Shown here: positions 18,348-27,171 of the stretch, one piece after another
Layout of the letters: each line of letters opens with the position of its first letter
Position numbering within the stretch: position 1 is the stretch's first letter
Source of the DNA: Myxococcota bacterium
GTDB taxonomy: Bacteria > Myxococcota_A > UBA796 > UBA2385
DNA length: 64,000 bases
Assembly: GCA_044344255.1 (NCBI GenBank)
Contig: JBIJDH010000003.1
Coordinates: forward strand, 448,001 to 512,000
Direction of reading: 5' to 3'
Translations under genes and position numbers: made by a program
Notes under the pieces: model-generated
Told to the model about the DNA's origin: nothing
Seen by the model: only the letters and a program-made list of their open reading frames with translations
Databases searched by the model: none

Positions 18348-20006
18348 ATGTGGACCGACCTCCGCGCCTCGCTTCGCCGTTATCCCCTCGGGCTGGGCTG
18401 GCTGTGCCTCGGATGTGCACCCGAGGCGGTGGGGGTGGCCCCTACGGCGGGGGACTCTGGGGGGCCTGACTCCGCCGTCGAGGCGACCTGTGGGGAGGTG
18501 CGCTTCTCCGTCGTACAGGCCTGGGAAGAGGCTGACTTGCCGACCTGGGACCCCGGTGATCGGATCTCTCCGGGCGTCGCCATCGCCGACCTGGACGGCG
18601 ACGGGTGGCCCGACCTCCTCATGGCCTACGGTCGCGGGTCGATGATCCTCCTCAATGACGGGACGGGCCGCTTCGTCCCGGGCCCCACCGACGTGCTCTC
18701 GGGCGGCCCCTTGCCGGGGGCGGGCTCTGTGGCCACCGCCGACCTCGACGGCGACGGGGATGAGGACGCCTGGCTCGGCCGCCGAGACGGGCCTGACCTC
18801 CTCCTCTTCAACGAGGGCCCGAACAGCTGCGGCGGCGGCGAAAGTGGAAGAGACAGCAACAGCGGCCTCCGCTTCCGCGCGGTGGAGGTCGAGGAGAGCG
18901 ATCACAAGCCTTGGACGGGCAGCTTCGGCGATCTCGACCTCGACGGCGATCTCGACCTCATCGTCGGCACCTTTGCCGCAGACTTTGATCCCGCCGCCAT
19001 CATCACCACCGGTGCCACCGGCGCCGGCATGGCGGTCCACCTCCAGACCGAGCCGGGCGTGCTGCACAAGCTCCCCGGTGCCATCCCGGAGGAGGCCCTG
19101 GCCTCCCTCAACCTCCAGCCCACCCTGCTCGACGCCGACCAGGACGGCGACCTCGACGTCTACCTCGCCAATGACTTCGGCCCCTACGTGGTGCCCAACC
19201 GGCTGCTGCTCAACGACGGCACGGGGCGCTTTACCCGCGCGCCCGACTGTGCCTGTGAGCTCTCGATGTTCGCGATGGGCGCCGGCACGGGCGACGCGAA
19301 CGGGGATGGCCTCCCCGACCTCTTCATCTCCAACGTCGGCATGCCCGCCCTGCTGCTCGGCCTCGGAGACGGCAGCTTCTACGACGCCACGCTGGCCTCC
19401 GGCGCCGCGATCCCGCCCACCGCGTCGAACATGACCTCCTGGGGCACCGCCTTCGCCGACATGACGCTCGACGGCTGCGAAGACCTGCTCATCGGCTACG
19501 GCAACCTCAGCGAGTCCTTTGACGTCTCGACCTTGGAGACCGCGGGGGCGGACTGGGAGGACGGGCCGGCCCAGAACGACGTGCTGCTCCGCGGCGACTG
19601 CGAGGGCGGCTTCGAGCGGTGGGATGAGGCCGGCTTCACCGAGCCGGGCCGCTCCCGGGCCCTCGCGGTGGGTGACCTCAACCGAGATGGGCGCCCCGAC
19701 ATCGTCACCGTGGGCAAACACTTCCTCCATGTCTGGATGGCCGAGGGGGGCTGCCCCGCCTTGCGCCTCCGCCTCGACGGGGGGCCCGGCAACCGCCCCG
19801 GCATCGGGGCGAGGGTGCAGGCCTGGTCGGAGGGGAGGCCACAGACCAAGTGGATGCTGCCCGCCACCACCGCCTCCTCCTCCCAGGCCGAGCTCTACTT
19901 CTCGAGCCGGAGCGTCTTCGAGCGAATCGAGGTGACCTGGCCGGGTGGCGCGGTGAGCGAGGTGTCGGATGTGCCGCCAGGCGACGAGCTGCGGATGGTT
20001 CGGTGA
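18348..20006 (+). CDS. CRTAC1-like FG-GAP repeat protein with ASPIC/UnbV domain (paralogue)
   Basis: Possible lipobox LGC; DLDGDGWPD repeats; NRPGIGARV..ELYF..VTWPGG. Shares NDFGPY..PNR and DCACEL..AMG with the divergent gene. Confidence 0.85.
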   Translation: MWTDLRASLRRYPLGLGWLCLGCAPEAVGVAPTAGDSGGPDSAVEATCGEVRFSVVQAWEEADLPTWDPGDRISPGVAIADLDGDGWPDLLMAYGRGSMILLNDGTGRFVPGPTDVLSGGPLPGAGSVATADLDGDGDEDAWLGRRDGPDLLLFNEGPNSCGGGESGRDSNSGLRFRAVEVEESDHKPWTGSFGDLDLDGDLDLIVGTFAADFDPAAIITTGATGAGMAVHLQTEPGVLHKLPGAIPEEALASLNLQPTLLDADQDGDLDVYLANDFGPYVVPNRLLLNDGTGRFTRAPDCACELSMFAMGAGTGDANGDGLPDLFISNVGMPALLLGLGDGSFYDATLASGAAIPPTASNMTSWGTAFADMTLDGCEDLLIGYGNLSESFDVSTLETAGADWEDGPAQNDVLLRGDCEGGFERWDEAGFTEPGRSRALAVGDLNRDGRPDIVTVGKHFLHVWMAEGGCPALRLRLDGGPGNRPGIGARVQAWSEGRPQTKWMLPATTASSSQAELYFSSRSVFERIEVTWPGGAVSEVSDVPPGDELRMVR

Positions 20007-20036
20007 GCCCCTCCGCTGAGGACCGAGCCACGGCCC

Positions 20037-20060
20037 GGGGTCAGGGGTCAGGGGTCAGGG
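20037..20060. repeat. (GGGGTCA)3GGG heptamer repeat between convergent genes
   Basis: Read directly from the sequence. Confidence 0.8.
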
Positions 20061-20270
20061 CTGAGCCCGGTCGAGCAGGACCTGGCCGCGGAGGCGTGAC
20101 CAGTCGGGCGTGGGCCAGCGGTCCAGGAGGCCCAACAGCAGGAGCTGCCCGACGAAGAGGACGATCGCGGCGGTGAACAGCAAATCGGGGGCGCTCCAGT
20201 CGCTGCCGACCTCGCCGCTGGAGCGGGCGCTCTGGGCGCGGGGCGGGCGTGGGCGCTTGGCGCGGCTCAT
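20055..20270 (-). CDS. Small single-TM protein (module component C1)
   Basis: 71 aa; DLLFTAAIVLFVGQLLLLGLL...LLDRAQP; similar to 26689..26844. Confidence 0.55.
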   Translation of the reverse strand: MSRAKRPRPPRAQSARSSGEVGSDWSAPDLLFTAAIVLFVGQLLLLGLLDRWPTPDWSRLRGQVLLDRAQP

Positions 20271-20304
20271 GGGGGTCCTCCAACGAGCGGTTATCCTACC
20301 CCCG

Positions 20305-20631
20305 ATGGCGCTCCGTAGTCGCTCCGCCCCTGACCACGCCCGGACGCTGCTCCTGCTCTGCAGCGCCGTGTTGTTGGGCCTCACCGCGGCCCGGCTCCTC
20401 TACCGGCCCGCGGCGAGCGAGGGCGCAGAGGACCTCCTCCGCCTGCTCGACCAGGACGGTGACGGGGGCCTCAGCCCGGCCGAGTACGCGCGGGTGGCGG
20501 GGGATGAGCTGCCCTTCCAGATCCTCGACCTTGACCGCAGCGGCGCCCTCGAGGCGCAGGAGGTCGACGCCGCGGTCGAGTGGATCTCACCGCTCCGGGC
20601 CTCGCTCTCCTTCGTCGCCCGGGTGCGCTGA
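20305..20631 (+). CDS. Membrane-anchored two-EF-hand protein (module component B1)
   Basis: N-terminal TM; DQDGDGGLSPAE and DLDRSGALEAQE loops. Confidence 0.75.
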   Translation: MALRSRSAPDHARTLLLLCSAVLLGLTAARLLYRPAASEGAEDLLRLLDQDGDGGLSPAEYARVAGDELPFQILDLDRSGALEAQEVDAAVEWISPLRASLSFVARVR

Positions 20632-20840
20632 TGGCCCTGTCCGCCTCGTCCTCCCGCTGGGCCCTGCCCCTGCTCCTGCTCGCCAACGCGCTCCTGTCGG
20701 GGATGCTCGTCGATCGGACGCTGCGCCTCCGAGATGGCTGGGCGGTCTATCGGATGCGCGTGCAGGCCGCCGAGGCCCTCCGCCGGCTGCCTCCCGCGCC
20801 CGGCGGCCCCGGAGCGGCGCCGCAAGGAGCGAGGCGGTGA
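20631..20840 (+). CDS. Small single-TM protein (module component D1)
   Basis: TGATG coupling; RWALPLLLLANALLSGMLVDRTLRLRDGW; similar to 26474..26692. Confidence 0.55.
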   Translation: MALSASSSRWALPLLLLANALLSGMLVDRTLRLRDGWAVYRMRVQAAEALRRLPPAPGGPGAAPQGARR

Positions 20841-22297
20841 CCGGCGCCCTGCTGCTGCTCCTCGTGTCGGCGGCCTCGGCGAGCACAGTGGCCTCGGCGG
20901 CCCCCAACCTCGTGCTCATCAGCGTCGACGGCCTCCGCGCCGACCGGGTGGGGCCGCGGGGAGGCCGGCCGAGCGTCACCCCCGCGATCGACCGCCTCGC
21001 CGCGCAGGGCCTCGTCTGCGAGGTCGCCCTCAGCCAGTCGAACGAGAGCCTGTTCTCTCACGCCGCCCTGTTGACCGGGCGGCCGGTCTCCGAGCTCGGC
21101 CGCCCCGACTATCGGCGCTTCACCGTACCCCCGAGCGCGATGCTGCTGCCGGAGATCCTGGCCCTCTACGGATATTCGAGTGGCGCGTTCGTCGCCGGCG
21201 GGCACGTCAAGGGGGTGTATGGCTTCGACCAGGGCTTCTCGGTCTACGCCGATGAGGACGACTTCGGTAGCTTCTTTCACACCGTCCCGCCGGCCCTGGA
21301 GTGGCTCCGGCGTACGGCGCGGGCCCCCTTCTTCCTCTTCTTACACGGCTACGACACTCACCGGCCCTATCAGCACGCCGGCTTCTTCGATCATGTCTGG
21401 GACGCCGACTACACAGGCGACATCGACACCCTGTCGGGGCGCTCCGAGGTGGAGCGGATCTTCGACGGGGTTTATTACCCCGATTTCCCAGTCGAATATT
21501 TTTGGCATGGCGGCGCCGCTGAGCAGATCCTCGATCCCAGCGGCTACGCGCGCCTCGCCGCCTGGGCCGCCGAGCACCCCGGTAGGCCGCTCAGCGACGC
21601 CGATCAGGCCCACCTGCTCGCCCACTACGACACCGGCGCGCTTTCGGCCGACGTTCATGTCGGGCGCTTCGTCGAGGCCCTGAAGGCCCGGGGCCTCTGG
21701 CAGGACACGCTCCTCCTGCTCACGGCCGATCACGGCGAGGACCTCGGTGAGCACGGCTTCTTCAACCACCGCTCCGCCCTCCTCGACAGCACCACCCGGG
21801 TGCCCCTGATCCTCGCCGGCGGCGCCCTCCCGGCGGCCCTCCGCGGTCAGCGGCTCCCGGGACCCTGCTCGGCCCTCGACGTCGTCCCCACCTTGCTCGC
21901 CGCGGCCGGGGCCACGCCCCCCGCCGGTCTTGCAGGGCAGGACCTCCTTCACGATCCGGTGCCCACGGCGGTGATCGTGCAGGAGGGCGTGCTGCCGATG
22001 ATGGCCGTCCGCACCCCCACCCACCGCCTTGTCGTGCAGGGGATCCCCCTCGACACCCCCCTGCTCGAGACCCTCGTGCGCGCCGCCCCGATCGAGGCGC
22101 CTACCTTCCGCCTCTATGACCTGCGGACCGACCCCGAGGAGCAGGTTGATCAGCTCTCCGCGCAGCGCCCCGTGGCCCTCGAGCTCCGAGCGGCGCTGCT
22201 CCGATGGCTGGCGGCCCGCGCGCGCTCGAGCCACGAGGGCGGCCAGCCGGTCGATGCGGCCTTCCAGGAGGTCCTCCGCTCGCGGGGCTACTGGTAG
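20837..22297 (+). CDS. Secreted sulfatase-like alkaline-phosphatase-superfamily enzyme (module component A1)
   Basis: Signal peptide; PNLVLISVDGLRAD, NESLFSHAALLTG, FLHGYDTHRPY, TADHGE, C-terminal LRSRGYW. GTG start in a GTGA overlap. Confidence 0.85.
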   Translation: MTGALLLLLVSAASASTVASAAPNLVLISVDGLRADRVGPRGGRPSVTPAIDRLAAQGLVCEVALSQSNESLFSHAALLTGRPVSELGRPDYRRFTVPPSAMLLPEILALYGYSSGAFVAGGHVKGVYGFDQGFSVYADEDDFGSFFHTVPPALEWLRRTARAPFFLFLHGYDTHRPYQHAGFFDHVWDADYTGDIDTLSGRSEVERIFDGVYYPDFPVEYFWHGGAAEQILDPSGYARLAAWAAEHPGRPLSDADQAHLLAHYDTGALSADVHVGRFVEALKARGLWQDTLLLLTADHGEDLGEHGFFNHRSALLDSTTRVPLILAGGALPAALRGQRLPGPCSALDVVPTLLAAAGATPPAGLAGQDLLHDPVPTAVIVQEGVLPMMAVRTPTHRLVVQGIPLDTPLLETLVRAAPIEAPTFRLYDLRTDPEEQVDQLSAQRPVALELRAALLRWLAARARSSHEGGQPVDAAFQEVLRSRGYW

Positions 22298-22438
22298 TTC
22301 GCGAGGGGGGGAGCGGCCGGCCTCGCGCGGGGTGTCCGGAAACGGTCACCGGGCCGCCGGAATTGACCATCGGCCCGGGCCTTCGCGACCGATAGGCTTG
22401 GAGGGACACCCGCTCCGTCGCCCTGTCTGGAGGCGCCC

Positions 22439-23275
22439 GTGACGTCCCTTCGAAGCTGGCGCCTCGTCGGTCGGGGACAGCCCCCGCTGCCCGGCGGGCT
22501 CGCCGCCCTCGCCCTCTCCGGGGCGCTGCTGGCCGTCTCGCGCCCGGCGGCCGCCGCCGAGGGGCCGCTCACCCGCTCTCTCGACCTCGCGGTCCGCACC
22601 GACGTGCCCGTGCTGGTGGGCGCCGCGGTCACCTGGGAGGGGCCGGCGCGCCTGCGGGGTAGGCTGACGGCGGGCACGATGCCGGGCCCCTATGTAGACC
22701 TCACCAACGCCGCGATGACCGGCTTCGACATCTACAGCGACACGGTGGCCGACATCATCGATCACGCGCTCCGGCGCTCGATCGTGCTCCGGGTCGAGGG
22801 TGGCTTTCGGCCGCTCCCCCGGCGAGGGCTCACCCTCGGCGTGGGCTATCAGCTCCTCACGCTCGGCGGCGACTCGGCCGATCTGAGCCTCTTTGGTGAG
22901 GCCTCGGACCCTGTGCTCGTCGAGCGGGCGCGCTCGCTCACCGGTGACCTCGAGGTGGGCATCACTGATCACATGCTCACCGGAGAGGTCGGCTACGAGT
23001 GGCCGATCCGCGAACACCTGCTCATCGGGACCTCCCTCGGCTTCGCCTACACCGTGTCGGCGGACAGCCGGGTGAGCCCGACGCGGGAGGCGGACGGGCC
23101 GCTCGAGCAGGAGGTCATCGACGCCGCCACGGCCTCCACCGCGGACTATCTCACCTATGTCTTTGAGGAGTGGGTCCACCTGCCGATGATCGGTGTGTCC
23201 GTGGGCTGGCGCTTCAAGCCCCATAGGTCTACGGATGAACAGTCTTTGTCTGAACAGAAGGGGGGCGGACGATGA
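22439..23275 (+). CDS. Exported protein, possible outer-membrane beta-barrel
   Basis: Signal-like N-terminus, amphipathic beta strands, IGVSVGWRF near the C-terminus. Confidence 0.5.
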   Translation: MTSLRSWRLVGRGQPPLPGGLAALALSGALLAVSRPAAAAEGPLTRSLDLAVRTDVPVLVGAAVTWEGPARLRGRLTAGTMPGPYVDLTNAAMTGFDIYSDTVADIIDHALRRSIVLRVEGGFRPLPRRGLTLGVGYQLLTLGGDSADLSLFGEASDPVLVERARSLTGDLEVGITDHMLTGEVGYEWPIREHLLIGTSLGFAYTVSADSRVSPTREADGPLEQEVIDAATASTADYLTYVFEEWVHLPMIGVSVGWRFKPHRSTDEQSLSEQKGGGR

Positions 23276-23688
23276 CTCGCGCACGGTTCTTCGACCGAGG
23301 TCGAACGGCCCCGCCTCAGCGGAGGAGCCTCGGGCTGGGGGGGGCGCTCTGGGCGCTCTCCGGCCTGTGGGCGGGCTGCGACAAGCCCGCTCCCGACGAG
23401 TTCGCCGAGGAGTTCCCCGCCCACCTCTGCGACTGGGTCGAGACCTGCGCCACCGGTGGGGAGGGCGACCTCGGCCCGGCCGAGGATGCCTATGACTGTG
23501 AGGGGGAGGCTCTGGACTTCGTTGAGCAGGCCGAGGGCGACACGCGCTGCGCCTACGACGCGGGGCAGGCGCGGCAGTGTCTCGAGGCCTTGGAGGGGGC
23601 CTGTGAGGAGCGGACGGCCATTTATTATGAGTGCAAGCGAGTGTATCGGGGCGACGAGTGCCCGAACGACCTCTCGACGCTCCTCTGA
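23272..23688 (+). CDS. Cys-rich lipoprotein
   Basis: Lipobox WAGC, eight further Cys, YDAGQARQCLEAL. Confidence 0.65.
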   Translation: MTRARFFDRGRTAPPQRRSLGLGGALWALSGLWAGCDKPAPDEFAEEFPAHLCDWVETCATGGEGDLGPAEDAYDCEGEALDFVEQAEGDTRCAYDAGQARQCLEALEGACEERTAIYYECKRVYRGDECPNDLSTLL

Positions 23689-23703
23689 GCGGTGGGTGCC
23701 TGA

Positions 23704-25233
23704 ATGACGGAGCGAATGACCGAGCCCGTCGGGACCGCCCCCGCGGCCCCGCTCTTGAAGGGCCCCGTGCCGGAGCTCCCACCGGGGCCGACGTCTCTCC
23801 CCGTCCCGACCCCAGCCCGGGTTGGCGCGGCGATCCTCGGCCGGCTGCTCGTCTTGCTGGTTCTGCTCGCCGTCACTGCGCCCTTATGGCCGATCTACCT
23901 GCTCTGTCGGCTTGTGCTCGCGCGACCCGCGCAGATCCCGCCGACCTCCTACTTCGCGCGCTGCCTCGGGTCGCTGCTCTTCACGCCGGTGGAGGCCCCC
24001 GCAGGGGCGCCGCAGCTCCGGCCTTGGCATCGCCTCGGCCTCGCCCTGACGCTGCTCCACCGCTGGACGGTCGTGCCGATCGGCGGGCTCGCGCACGCCC
24101 TCGATCGGCTGCTCTACGGGCGGGCCCTCGACGCGGTCCGGGTCGAGGCGCCCCTCTTCGAGCTCAGCGCAGCCCGGAGCGGGAGCACCCAGATCGCGCG
24201 GTATCTCGAGGACGATCCGAGCATCGTTGCGCCCACGGTCCTCCAGATGACCGTCCCCTTCCTGTGGTTCTGGCGGCTCTGGCCGCACACGGTTGGGCGC
24301 TTTGTCTCGATGGAGCGCCTGTCGGCTGTGGTGATGGGCACCTTCTCCGACGGATTTCGGGAGCGACACGAGCTCGACCCGCTCCGCACAGACACCTACG
24401 AGGTCGTCTTTGGCATGGGATACCACATGGATCTGCTCCGCTGCCTCGGCGTGCGGCCCTTCGTCGAGGGCTTCTCCCCGGCCCAGATCCACGCGGCGGG
24501 GCGATGTATGTGGCTGGAGGGGGCCTTGCCCTTCATCGACCAGGTCGGTCGGCTCGCCCTGCTCCAGGCCACCCTCGAGGGCCGAGCGGGCGGTGCGCCG
24601 CTCCAACTGATGGTGAAGGGGCACTTCCTGGCGATCGCCGACCCGCTCGAGGCCCGCTACCCGGACGCGCGCTTCCTCACCGTGCTCCGGGCGCCGGCGC
24701 CCCGCCTCCAGAGCCTGATCAACTTTCATTATTTTAATGCGACAGACTCCATCTTTCCTCGCCTCCCCTGGGCCTGGCTCGTGGGCGCCGCGCTCGAGAC
24801 GGAGGTGGACTACTGCGACCGGGAGCTGGCCTGGTTCAGCCGGGCGGGCGGCGCTCGCCGCGTCGTGGTGCGCTTCGAGGACTATGTGCGGGACTTGCCG
24901 GGGACCCTCCGCAGGGTGCATCAGGAGTGCCTCGATCGGTCGGGTGCGCCCACCCACCTCGCGCAAGCGCACAGCGCGCGGCACCGGAGCGGGTATTCGG
25001 TCAACCGCTCGCTGGAGGAGCTTCACATCGACACCGACGCCCTCGCGCTCCGCCTCTCGGCCTATCGGGCGTGGTGTAAGGACCCGCACCCGGGCCGGGG
25101 GCGCGCTTCAGCCGCTGCGAGGGTCGAGGGCGGCGAGCACGCTCTCTTGAATGGCGCGGACCCTCGGGGAGCGCGCCAGGGCCTCCGGGATGACCACCCG
25201 GAGCGGACAGTCCCTGCCGATCAGCTCGGGTAG
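23704..25233 (+). CDS. PAPS-dependent sulfotransferase family protein with N-terminal TM
   Basis: 5'-PSB-like LFELSAARSGSTQIARYL; KGH..L...YPDARFLTVLRAP..RLQS; RFEDYVRD. Confidence 0.75.
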   Translation: MTERMTEPVGTAPAAPLLKGPVPELPPGPTSLPVPTPARVGAAILGRLLVLLVLLAVTAPLWPIYLLCRLVLARPAQIPPTSYFARCLGSLLFTPVEAPAGAPQLRPWHRLGLALTLLHRWTVVPIGGLAHALDRLLYGRALDAVRVEAPLFELSAARSGSTQIARYLEDDPSIVAPTVLQMTVPFLWFWRLWPHTVGRFVSMERLSAVVMGTFSDGFRERHELDPLRTDTYEVVFGMGYHMDLLRCLGVRPFVEGFSPAQIHAAGRCMWLEGALPFIDQVGRLALLQATLEGRAGGAPLQLMVKGHFLAIADPLEARYPDARFLTVLRAPAPRLQSLINFHYFNATDSIFPRLPWAWLVGAALETEVDYCDRELAWFSRAGGARRVVVRFEDYVRDLPGTLRRVHQECLDRSGAPTHLAQAHSARHRSGYSVNRSLEELHIDTDALALRLSAYRAWCKDPHPGRGRASAAARVEGGEHALLNGADPRGARQGLRDDHPERTVPADQLG

Positions 25234-25998
25234 GACGGCGACGACGGCGTCGTCGGGGTGTCCGGGGTCAGGGAGCAGGGCGTCGGGGACGAAGGCCAGG
25301 CCCAGATCGGCGAGCACGAGCTGGCGCAGCATGTGCACGTCCGGCGAGACCGCGACCGGCCGCACCTCGACGCCGTGGCCGTCGAGGGTGGGCCAGCGAT
25401 GCGGATCCACGCCGGGGCCGGACCAGGAGAAGAGCTCGTGTTGGTGCAGATCGGCGAGGGAGCTCGGGCAGCCCCGCGCTTGGAGATAGGCGGCGGAGCC
25501 GATGAGCCGCTCGCGCATCGGGAGGACCACCCGGGTCACGTAGGGGCCGAGCGGCGCCTTCGCTCCAAAAAGGAAGGCGATGTCACTGCCATCCTCGAGG
25601 GCCTCCGTGGGATCGGCGAAGGTGCGCGCCTCGATCTTCACCTCCGGGAAGCTGCTCCGCATGGCGATGAAGACCGGCAGCATGGCGTGCGGCGCCAGCC
25701 CCGCCGGCAGGGCCACCCGGAGCAGCCCGCCGCGCCCGCCGCCCACCTCGCGGGCGGTGGCGATCAGGGCCTGGCTCTCCTGGAGGATGCGCCGTCCGCG
25801 GGACTCGATGAGCTGGCCCGCCTCGGTGAGGGTGGCGCCCTGGGCACCTCGGACCAGCAGGGGCGCGCCGATTCGCCCCTCAAGGTCGTCCAACCGGCGG
25901 CGGAGCGTGCTGCGGGGGAGGCCGAGGGTGTCGGCGGCGGCGAGGAGCGAGCCGGTGTCGGCCACCGCCAGGAAGGCGCGGAGCTCATTCATGTCCAT
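25108..25998 (-). CDS. LysR family transcriptional regulator
   Basis: LRAFLAVADTGSLLAAADTLGLPRSTLRRRLDDLE..GAPLLVR....LTEAG; substrate-binding domain follows. Confidence 0.92.
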   Translation of the reverse strand: MDMNELRAFLAVADTGSLLAAADTLGLPRSTLRRRLDDLEGRIGAPLLVRGAQGATLTEAGQLIESRGRRILQESQALIATAREVGGGRGGLLRVALPAGLAPHAMLPVFIAMRSSFPEVKIEARTFADPTEALEDGSDIAFLFGAKAPLGPYVTRVVLPMRERLIGSAAYLQARGCPSSLADLHQHELFSWSGPGVDPHRWPTLDGHGVEVRPVAVSPDVHMLRQLVLADLGLAFVPDALLPDPGHPDDAVVAVLPELIGRDCPLRVVIPEALARSPRVRAIQESVLAALDPRSG

Positions 25999-26431
25999 TC
26001 GGCGTCTCCGATTTTCCCTCACCGGGAGGTGGGGCTGGGGCGCTCTCTCCGTCCAGGGTCTCGCCCAGGACGGAGAGCGTGCGGGCATAGGCTTCGATCA
26101 ATGCCTGGACCGCGGCGCCGTCGGGGCGGGGATCGGAGGAGGCGGCGCGGCGCAGGGCGTCGTCGGGGAGCTCGGGGGCGCGGCCGAGGCGCTCGGCGGC
26201 CCGTCGGACCCTTCGTTCGAGGAGGGTGTCCAGCGCGATGACCGCGCGGACATCGGCGTCATCGGGGGGAGGCTCCCCGGCCTGGAGCACCACGGCGGCG
26301 GGGCCGGGCAGGGGAGGCAGCGCCTCGGGCGGGCCCGGGAGGTGCCAAAGCCAGAGGAGCAGTCCGGTCTGCACGAGCAGCAGCGCGGCGGCGATGAGGC
26401 TGAGCCGGTGTTCCCGCTGGCGCGTCCGCAT
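25985..26431 (-). CDS. Hypothetical single-TM protein
   Basis: LSLIAAALLLVQTGLLLWLW TM followed by a helical domain; stop overlaps the LysR start. Confidence 0.55.
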   Translation of the reverse strand: MRTRQREHRLSLIAAALLLVQTGLLLWLWHLPGPPEALPPLPGPAAVVLQAGEPPPDDADVRAVIALDTLLERRVRRAAERLGRAPELPDDALRRAASSDPRPDGAAVQALIEAYARTLSVLGETLDGESAPAPPPGEGKSETPNGHE

Positions 26432-26473
26432 CCAGATTGGATACCATGGTCGTCCCCCCCTCGGGAGCCCCCC

Positions 26474-26692
26474 TTGTCCCAGCCCCTGCCGGAGTCGAGG
26501 CGGCGCGTCCTGGCCCTCCTCCTGGTCTGTGACGCCGTCCTCGCGCTGATGATCGCCGTTCGGTTCGTCGAGCTCCGGGCGGAGTGGACCGCCTGGAACA
26601 CCGTGGTGACGGCCCAAGCCACCCTGATCCAGAGGGCGGACACCTCGGTCGACCCGACGAGCCGCCCGCCGCCCAGGGGGCTCGGCCGATGA
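26474..26692 (+). CDS. Small single-TM protein (module component D2)
   Basis: TTG start after GGAG; RRVLALLLVCDAVLALMIAVRFVELRAEW; similar to 20631..20840. Confidence 0.55.
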   Translation: MSQPLPESRRRVLALLLVCDAVLALMIAVRFVELRAEWTAWNTVVTAQATLIQRADTSVDPTSRPPPRGLGR

Positions 26693-26844
26693 GCCGCGCG
26701 GAGCTGCTCTTCGCCACCGCCCTGCTGGTGATCAACCTGATCGTGGTGGAGTGGGTCGTCTATGCGCTCGCCACCGGGCAGCTGGGCTCCCAGGTCGATG
26801 AGCGGGACCTCGATCCCGCCCGGGTTGTGGATCGCCAGCCTTAA
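26689..26844 (+). CDS. Small single-TM protein (module component C2)
   Basis: ATGA coupling; MSRAELLFATALLVINLIVV...VVDRQP. Confidence 0.55.
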   Translation: MSRAELLFATALLVINLIVVEWVVYALATGQLGSQVDERDLDPARVVDRQP

Positions 26845-26877
26845 ACGGCGCCCCCTCGACGCCGCCCCTTCGTGCGC

Positions 26878-27171
26878 TCAGGCCGGTGGGGTCTCGACCC
26901 ACTCGGGGTCGACGCGGGTGAGCAGCACCTCGAGCTCGAACGGGCTGAGGAGACCGTCCCGGTCGGCGTCAAAGAGCTCAAAGTCGCTGGGGTAACGCGC
27001 GCTCCGGGCGAACTCCGTGGGGGAGATCTGCCCGTCGCCGTCCTGGTCGAAGCGCTGCACCCAGGGAGCCACGAGCGCGGGCTCGCGGGGTTCGGGATCC
27101 CAGGCGAGGCGCGCGAGGGCCGACAGCAGCAGGGCGAGCGCGAGCCCGTAGAGGAGGCGGCTCAGCTTCAT
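26878..27171 (-). CDS. Membrane-anchored two-EF-hand protein (module component B2)
   Basis: TM, then DQDGDGQISPTE and DADRDGLLSPFE; ATGA-coupled to the sulfatase-like gene. Confidence 0.78.
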   Translation of the reverse strand: MKLSRLLYGLALALLLSALARLAWDPEPREPALVAPWVQRFDQDGDGQISPTEFARSARYPSDFELFDADRDGLLSPFELEVLLTRVDPEWVETPPA

